Source of the DNA: a virus
Strand: one strand, 5' to 3'
Length of the DNA stretch: 12,823 bases
Virus genome (UHGV): UHGV-1339911
Below are positions 7,581-12,823 of the stretch, piece after piece (position 1 is the stretch's first letter; each line of letters begins with the position of its first letter). The notes beneath the pieces are model-generated. The model searched no databases, had not been told where the DNA came from, and was given only the letters and a program-made list of their open reading frames with translations. A program made the translations under genes and the position numbers.

Positions 7581-8118
7581 TGATGAAATAGACGATTTTT
7601 CTTTGCCGGGAAATAACATGATTCCCCCTTTTCCTGGTGTTGCATTTCAATCTGATTTTTATAAAACTAGAACTGTTCGGTCTTTTATGAATTTATTTGT
7701 ATATATTTTTAGGTTAAGAATGCGTGGTTATTGATTTTATGCGGTTTTAATGCTTCTGAGCTTGATGCAATTCATGAGTATATCCTGAAGTTAGGTTTGC
7801 AATGTAAAACCATATGTAGAAATTGTGCACCCCTGCTGAATGGGTTGCGGTTTCAGTACCATTAAGTTCTATGACTTATGGGGTAGTAACCCCTGGATGA
7901 AAGTTAGTTCCTATTAATGCCCCTGTATTTATAGTTCGCAGGCATAATATTTATCATGCCATTTTATGTGGTTTGATATAGTTTTAAATTCCATTAAATC
8001 AATATGTGACACTAAATAAATAATGGGTGCGTAAGCGAGCAATATATACATAATAAGGAGCTACCTGAATCCGGGGGGATTTATCCGGACTGATGAAGGA
8101 ATTAAAGAGGGTAGATAA

Positions 8119-8379
8119 ATGCATGATATTTCTGTTTCTGCGCCAGCTCCGGCTGCGCCATTATTTCCTGTGCTGAACCAGCATGAGCGATTTTTACGTC
8201 TTCCCGAGGTGATGCATTTATGCGGCTTGTCCCGCTCAACTATATACGACCTGATAAGCCGCGATGCTTTCCCGAAGCAGATCCCGCTTGGTGGTAAAAA
8301 TGTTGCCTGGGCACAGTCAGAGGTAAGCGCATGGATGGCGGATCGTATAAGTGCCCGCGGACGGGGATGTGATGCATAA
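8119..8379 (+). CDS. alpA: AlpA/Vis-family phage DNA-binding regulator (excisionase-like HTH)
   Basis: 86 aa. [53 protein letters not shown] is the typical AlpA/Vis helix-turn-helix core. SD GAGGG sits 7 nt upstream of the ATG. Confidence 0.85.
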   Translation: MHDISVSAPAPAAPLFPVLNQHERFLRLPEVMHLCGLSRSTIYDLISRDAFPKQIPLGGKNVAWAQSEVSAWMADRISARGRGCDA

Positions 8380-8473
8380 TGATGCCTGAACGCATTAATC
8401 CCCTTTTTTCTGGCTTGCATCCTGCAGTCATTTCCAGGTATAGTTTTCCCGCTGCCGCAAAATCGGCTGCCGG

Positions 8474-8725
8474 GCGTAGGAACCCGAGTTACTTATTGGC
8501 GACACCAGACGCGCCGTGCGTCTTTTTTTACGTCGTTGCTCAGGCACACCCATTTTTCGGGCTGCGGTGCTTATACCTTAGTCCCTGTCAGATAATGGTG
8601 GTCCGGGCGGGGCAGCCTTCGGGCTGGCCGGTTTCCAATAAGGCCGGTATTCCTACCCCCGTCTGGGCTACCACCCATGAGCGTAGGAACTCCGGTGGTG
8701 GCATTTACCGCGACTTATTGGAGGT
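8474..8725 (+). promoter_or_regulatory. Candidate P4 CI-RNA-like immunity leader (seqA / seqB / seqC-like complementary repeats)
   Basis: Direct repeats GCGTAGGAAC...ACTTATTGG at 8474-8499 and 8681-8721. Between them, 8635-8658 (CCAATAAGGCCGGTATTCCTACCC) is approximately their reverse complement. The second direct repeat overlaps the GGAGG SD of the downstream small gene. The region is GC-rich and its conceptual translation (first ~118 aa of ORF 8379..8924) is low-complexity. Confidence 0.35.
8507..8529 (+). terminator. Intrinsic terminator-like hairpin plus T7 tract inside the alpA-downstream leader
   Basis: Stem AGACGC / GCGTCT (8507-8512 and 8518-8523), loop GCCGT, followed by 7 T (8523-8529). 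Lies inside the ORF-track ORF 8379..8924, arguing against that ORF's 5' part being translated. Confidence 0.5.
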
Positions 8726-8732
8726 TGCCCTT

Positions 8733-8924
8733 ATGGCTACGATCCTCGCCCCTTCACATCCTCAATTTATATTTGTTTTTGCCGCCGTTCGTCGTGCAGA
8801 ACGTAAACCACGTATCAGTATGCTGCGTATCGTCGCCAGCAATGAGCATCATGCACGTCTTTCACTGGTCCATGAGTATGTGCTTTGCCTTGCTGCTCGC
8901 CTGCCTGTCCGGGAGGTGATGTGA
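8733..8924 (+). CDS. Small early-operon protein, possibly Icd-like (host cell division inhibitor family)
   Basis: 63-aa short form starting at ATG 8733 with GGAGG 8 nt upstream ([63 protein letters not shown]). The C-terminal ...ARLPV... pattern resembles Icd-like proteins of P4-type elements as I recall them. Family assignment is tentative. Confidence 0.45.
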   Translation: MATILAPSHPQFIFVFAAVRRAERKPRISMLRIVASNEHHARLSLVHEYVLCLAARLPVREVM

Positions 8925-9145
8925 TGAATCACGCCGCAATCTCTTATGACGATATTGTCCGCCTGAAGCATCTTCGTAACGTGGGGGAGTTTGTCACCGG
9001 AATGGCTGTTCTTCAGGATTGCTACGAAAAACCTGCCGGTGCTCAATGTGAGCAACTGGCTTCCCTGATTTATCTGATGACAGAGCAACTTGATGGCGTG
9101 GTACAGCGTTGCCAGGATGACCTGATGAACATGGAGGTGGTGTAA
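8924..9145 (+). CDS. Hypothetical small protein (73 aa), early operon
   Basis: Start ATG 8924 overlaps the upstream stop (ATGA) with GGGAGG 7 nt upstream. Placed at [10 protein letters not shown] rather than the ORF-track start at 8885, which lacks an SD. No recognisable domain. Confidence 0.55.
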   Translation: MNHAAISYDDIVRLKHLRNVGEFVTGMAVLQDCYEKPAGAQCEQLASLIYLMTEQLDGVVQRCQDDLMNMEVV

Positions 9146-9474
9146 TGAAATCACGCACCCTTTCCCTTTCCCTTTCACTTCGGGTAGCGTTGTATCGCCG
9201 CGCGGTAGCCTGCGCCTGGTTGAGTGCCTGCTATCAGCAAAACCGCCATCTGCAGCTCACTCTGGATGAAATTGAAACCGCTATTGCCCGTGAGCTTGAA
9301 GGATTTTATCTGCGACAGCACGGGCAAACAAAAGGCATGGAAATCGCCTGCGCTCTGCTTTCAGACCTGATGGAATCCGGCCCTCTAATGTCCTGTCCCG
9401 CACTCTCCCAGCTCGGAATAGCCGTAATGGATGAGTTATGCGTCCGTCACATCAAAAAGCCGGTTTTACACTGA
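9145..9474 (+). CDS. Hypothetical small protein (109 aa), early operon, immediately upstream of the primase gene
   Basis: Start overlaps the previous stop (TAATG) with GGAGGTGG upstream. Position is analogous to the small genes preceding alpha in P4, but homology was not verified. Confidence 0.55.
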   Translation: MKSRTLSLSLSLRVALYRRAVACAWLSACYQQNRHLQLTLDEIETAIARELEGFYLRQHGQTKGMEIACALLSDLMESGPLMSCPALSQLGIAVMDELCVRHIKKPVLH

Positions 9475-9488
9475 GGGAGAACTGCGTC

Positions 9489-11819
9489 ATGTCAGGAATG
9501 AAAGTCAGTCAGGCCGTGAAGGCTGCCCGCGGTCACTGGGCTAAGATTCTGCCAGCGCTGGGCGTGAATATATTGAAAAATCGCCATCAGCCTTGCCCGG
9601 TCTGTGGCGGTAAAGATCGTTTTCGCTTCGACGATCAGGAAGGACGCGGAACATGGTTCTGCAATCAGTGCGGTGCCGGGGATGGTATAGCGCTTGTCAC
9701 CAGGGCACTGAATGTGGATATCAGTGAAGCAGCTGACAGGATACATGGACTGACACATGGTCTGTCTGTAGTTAATTCCGAAGTCAGGGCGTTAACCGCC
9801 GATACCGATAGCGGGAAAGATGCAGCAGCACTTGCCGCGCGACTGCTGCAAGCCTCACGTGAATCTGCCGGAAACACTTATCTTACACATAAAGGTTTCC
9901 CGGAGCATATTTGCCATGAGCTGACTTCAGCTCATAAAACCGGTGGGGTGATGTTCCGCCCCGGTGATTTGATCGTCCCGCTCTATAACGCTGACGGGGA
10001 GCTGGTGAATATTCAGCTTATCAGTGGCAATGGTAGCAAGTGTTTTCTTAAAGGAGGTCAGGTTAAGGAGGCCTATCATCTGATAGAAGGGGGCGGGAGT
10101 TCTTTAAGAAGGATGTGGATTGCGGAAGGTTACGCCACGGCGCTTACCATTCATCATCTGACAGGAGAAGCCGTCATGGTGGCATTTTCGTCGGTCAACT
10201 TTCTTTCTCTGGCCAGCGTTGCCCATAACAAGTATCCGGGATATCAGTTAATTATTGCAGCGGACCGCGATCTGAATGGTTCAGGCCAGAACAGGGCTGA
10301 AACTGCTGCAAAAGCGTGTCAGTGTGACATTGTGCTGCCACCGGTTTTTGGTGACTGGAATGATGCGCTTACCCAATACGGAGAGGAATCCACCCGGAAG
10401 GCAATTCTTGAGGCTTTGAAGCCACATAATGCCAGTCCTTTCGACACAATGAGTGAAGCAGAATTCACAGCGATGAGTGTCAGCGAAAAAGCTCAGAGGG
10501 TTCGGGAGCATTACAGGGATGCACTGGCGGTTGATCCGAACGGGCAGCTTTTATCCCGCTACGAGTCTGGAGCGTGGAAAGTGATTTCTCAGTCAGATTT
10601 TTCCCGAGATGTCGCAGCCCTTTTCCAGCGCCTCGGTGCACCGTTTTCCTCAGGAAAAATTGCCTCACTGGTGGAAACATTAAAGTTAATTGTTCCGCAG
10701 CAGCAAAATCCGGCACGTCATCTGATTGGTTTTCGTAATGGCGTCCTCGATACGCGAACAGGGCTTTTTAGTCCGCACTGTAAAGAGAACTGGCTGCGTA
10801 CCCTGTGTGAAGTCGATTTCACGCCACCGGTAAAGGGGGAAACGCTTGAAACTCATGCCCCGGCATTCTGGCGCTGGCTGGACCGGGCTGCCGGACACAA
10901 GCCAGCTAAACGCGACATTATTCTTGCGGCGTTATTTATGGTGCTGGCGAACCGCTATGACTGGCAGCTCTTTCTGGAAGTGACTGGCCCTGGTGGAAGT
11001 GGCAAAAGTATTCTGGCTGAAATTGCGACCATGCTTGCTGGAGAGGATAACGCCACCTCTGCGACCATTGAAACGCTGGAGTCCCCGCGAGAACGTGCGG
11101 CTCTGATAGGTTTTTCTCTTATTCGCCTGCCTGATCAGGAGAAGTGGAGCGGCGACGGCGCCGGGCTTAAGGCTATAACTGGTGGCGATGCGGTATCGGT
11201 GGACCCCAAGTATCAGAATGCTTATTCAACACATATTCCGGCGGTTATCCTGGCCGTAAATAATAATCCTATGCGCTTCACTGATCGTAGTGGTGGTGTG
11301 TCCCGCAGGAGAGTGATTCTGCATTTTCCTGAGCAGATAGCACCGGAAGAACGCGATCCGCAGCTGAAAGATAAAATTGCTCGAGAACTGGCTGTGATTG
11401 TTCGCCAGCTCATGCAGCGTTTCAGCGATCCGATGAGCGCCAGAACATTGCTTCAGTCGCAGCAGAATTCAGATGAGGCTCTCACCATCAAGCGTGATGC
11501 TGATCCAGCATTTGATTTTTGTGGCTATCTTGAGGCATTACCTGACACCAACGGTATGTTTATGGGGAACGCTAATATTGTCCCACGCCAGCCACGTACC
11601 TACCTTTACCATGCCTACCTCGTATACATGGAGGCTAATGGCTATAAAAACATCCTGAGTCTTACGATGTTTGGCAAAGGGTTGCCAGTCATGCTGAAGG
11701 AGTACGGGCTACATTATGAGAAACGGCGAACTAATCAGGGAATGCAAACTAACCTCACTTTGAAAGAGGAGAGTAATGCAGACTGGCTGCCCAAGTGTGA
11801 TGAGCCAATATTAAAATAA
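9489..11819 (+). CDS. P4 alpha-type bifunctional DNA primase/helicase (zinc-binding primase domain, TOPRIM, P-loop helicase)
   Basis: Zn-finger CPVCGG...FCNQCG; TOPRIM-like acidic motifs (WIAEGYATALT, IIAADRD); Walker A VTGPGGSGKS. I prefer the start at ATG 9489 (MSGMKVSQ...), preceded by GAGGGAGA, over the ORF-track start at 9438. Confidence 0.9.
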   Translation: MSGMKVSQAVKAARGHWAKILPALGVNILKNRHQPCPVCGGKDRFRFDDQEGRGTWFCNQCGAGDGIALVTRALNVDISEAADRIHGLTHGLSVVNSEVRALTADTDSGKDAAALAARLLQASRESAGNTYLTHKGFPEHICHELTSAHKTGGVMFRPGDLIVPLYNADGELVNIQLISGNGSKCFLKGGQVKEAYHLIEGGGSSLRRMWIAEGYATALTIHHLTGEAVMVAFSSVNFLSLASVAHNKYPGYQLIIAADRDLNGSGQNRAETAAKACQCDIVLPPVFGDWNDALTQYGEESTRKAILEALKPHNASPFDTMSEAEFTAMSVSEKAQRVREHYRDALAVDPNGQLLSRYESGAWKVISQSDFSRDVAALFQRLGAPFSSGKIASLVETLKLIVPQQQNPARHLIGFRNGVLDTRTGLFSPHCKENWLRTLCEVDFTPPVKGETLETHAPAFWRWLDRAAGHKPAKRDIILAALFMVLANRYDWQLFLEVTGPGGSGKSILAEIATMLAGEDNATSATIETLESPRERAALIGFSLIRLPDQEKWSGDGAGLKAITGGDAVSVDPKYQNAYSTHIPAVILAVNNNPMRFTDRSGGVSRRRVILHFPEQIAPEERDPQLKDKIARELAVIVRQLMQRFSDPMSARTLLQSQQNSDEALTIKRDADPAFDFCGYLEALPDTNGMFMGNANIVPRQPRTYLYHAYLVYMEANGYKNILSLTMFGKGLPVMLKEYGLHYEKRRTNQGMQTNLTLKEESNADWLPKCDEPILK

Positions 11820-11830
11820 CGATTAACTGA

Positions 11831-11855
11831 CCCGGCTGATGCCGGGTTTCTTATT
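11831..11855 (+). terminator. Rho-independent terminator after the primase gene
   Basis: Stem CCCGGC / GCCGGG (11831-11836 and 11841-11846), loop TGAT, followed by TTTCTTATT. Begins 12 nt after the primase stop. Confidence 0.6.
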
Positions 11856-11877
11856 GGAAACGCACAAATGTAGAGAT

Positions 11878-12090
11878 AGCTGTTCACTCTTCACCTAGCT
11901 GTTAACACATAATCAATTGATATATATGTAAAAAATTACAGGGTGAATAGTGTGCATGGTTTTGCGAAAAAAAAGTATTTTTTGTAGAGTCAAGTCCCGG
12001 TTTGGATCCGTTTAACGGAACCTAACTGGATTGACTATTTCTCTGAGAATTTTTGGATAAATAATCAACAAAAATCAAAATGTGAACAGA
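11878..12090. repeat. Iteron-like octamers (crr-like) downstream of the primase gene
   Basis: TGTTCACT 11881-11888, TTCACC 11890-11895, AGCTGTT duplicated at 11878-11884 and 11897-11903, GGTGAATA 11942-11949 (minus-strand TATTCACC), GTGAACA 12083-12089 (minus-strand TGTTCAC). An exact TGTTCACC also occurs further right at 12773-12780. Confidence 0.4.
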
Positions 12091-12180
12091 GAATGCTGGG
12101 GGCACAAAAGGGGGCATAATTGAATTAACTATAATTAAATTTCAATTTTTACAATAAGTTAAATTTATGTGCGAGTCCGG

Positions 12181-12212
12181 CCTTCGCACCTTCGCACCTT
12201 CGCACCATCGGA
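12181..12212 (+). repeat. Tandem 8-bp repeat (CCTTCGCA) x3 plus a degenerate fourth unit
   Basis: Read directly: CCTTCGCA at 12181-12188, 12189-12196, 12197-12204, then CCATCGGA. Confidence 0.8.
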
Positions 12213-12221
12213 ACATCAATA

Positions 12222-12244
12222 GACGTCAACGGACGTTTTTTTTA
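12222..12244 (+). terminator. Terminator-like hairpin followed by a T9 run, with no annotated upstream ORF
   Basis: GACGTC-AACG-GACGT stem-loop immediately followed by nine T (12236-12244). Could end a small RNA or a short unannotated transcript. Confidence 0.4.
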
Positions 12245-12270
12245 TGACTGAAATCCGCGCCACACAAGGC

Positions 12271-12317
12271 TTTTCGCTATTTTTCGCTCAACCTAAGTCA
12301 ACCTACATCAACTTACT
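12271..12317 (+). repeat. 10-bp-phased direct repeats: TTTTCGCT(AT/CA) x2 then TCAAC(C/T)TA x3
   Basis: TTTTCGCTAT 12271-12280, TTTTCGCTCA 12281-12290; TCAACCTAAG 12288-12297, TCAACCTACA 12298-12307, TCAACTTACT 12308-12317. Helical-turn phasing suggests a protein-binding array. Confidence 0.6.
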
Positions 12318-12409
12318 GATGTGGATACAGCTACAGCTGCGGCTATATCCCGATTCGATAATGTTTGTACCCACACAAAACCCTTGAAAGGCTACAAGGC
12401 TGAAATTGT

Positions 12410-12595
12410 CTAAACCATAGAGATGATTTTTATGATCCAGTCTTTCTCTTGTTGAGATAGTTCCAGTTTGCTCACTCGTGTTAAGAAGGTATTGATCACC
12501 TGAACATCCGAATTGGTGAGCCTATTTAATAGAGCGGGTGGTATACCTTTACTAACAATTGCTTTGCGGTGACTTTCGTAGTTTTTATTACTCAT
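12410..12595 (-). CDS. Small hypothetical protein (61 aa)
   Basis: ORF with a good SD (GAGGA 6 nt upstream of the ATG at 12593-12595). No recognisable motif; could be a fragment or a small regulator. Confidence 0.4.
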   Translation of the reverse strand: MSNKNYESHRKAIVSKGIPPALLNRLTNSDVQVINTFLTRVSKLELSQQEKDWIIKIISMV

Positions 12596-12823
12596 TGGTG
12601 ATCCTCAAATATCATTGTATAGCGGCATTGATCGTTTCCAGCAACCTTTACTTACTCACTTCAAACTGCATCCTCGTAGACTGTTCCACTACAATAATCG
12701 AAAAGGCGCGGATGTCCATTCAGGTATCCCGCTAATACGTATAGCAATAACAATGGTTTATGCGGTGCGCGCTGTTCACCCTTATGCCAGATTTTTATAT
12801 TGGCAATTGCCTGCTGTAGCGAT

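Noticed and set aside
8379-8732. 5' two-thirds of ORF-track ORF 8379..8924 (181 aa) as a protein-coding gene
   Set aside because: Low-complexity translation, an internal intrinsic terminator (8507-8529) and complementary repeat blocks fit an RNA leader better. Only the 3' portion from ATG 8733, which has a strong SD, is kept as a CDS.
9438-9488. ORF-track start of the primase at 9438
   Set aside because: It overlaps the upstream gene by 37 bp with no SD; the ATG at 9489 is preceded by GAGGGAGA. The choice remains somewhat uncertain.
8061-11658. ORFs antisense to or inside alpA, the early genes and the primase (8061..8420, 8240..8431, 8677..8919, 8849..9178, 9492..9758, 9665..9877, 10281..10511, 10480..10716, 10686..10898, 11222..11413, 11473..11658)
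   Set aside because: Shadow ORFs within confidently assigned genes; none has a start context or motif supporting translation.
12181-12317. CRISPR array
   Set aside because: Repeat units are only 8-10 bp, directly tandem with no spacers of 20 bp or more, and no cas genes are nearby. They are not CRISPR repeats.

Overview
This window reads as an integrated P4-like phage satellite, probably enterobacterial. It has a P4-family integrase at the left edge (N-terminus off-window), a convergent, strongly AT-rich 1209-aa cargo gene, then a leftward late operon sid-psu-ogr/delta, an AT-rich control region, and a rightward early operon (AlpA/Vis-like regulator, an RNA-like leader region, three small proteins, alpha-type primase-helicase), followed by a repeat-rich non-coding tail. 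The standout is the cargo gene: its N-terminus carries SIR2-family motifs (GAGFS, TTNYD, KLHGS, GFSGDD) like defence-associated sirtuins (DSR/ThsA-type NADases), fused to about 950 aa I cannot assign to any domain. It sits in the int-proximal slot that P4-like satellites use for anti-phage cargo, so it is a candidate single-gene NAD-depleting abortive-infection system with a possibly novel sensor region. Secondary observations are a probable P4 CI-RNA-like immunity leader inside an ORF-track 'ORF', iteron-like octamers on both sides of the primase gene, and an Ogr/Delta-type late promoter dyad. All assignments are from reading motifs by eye; no searches or computations were run.
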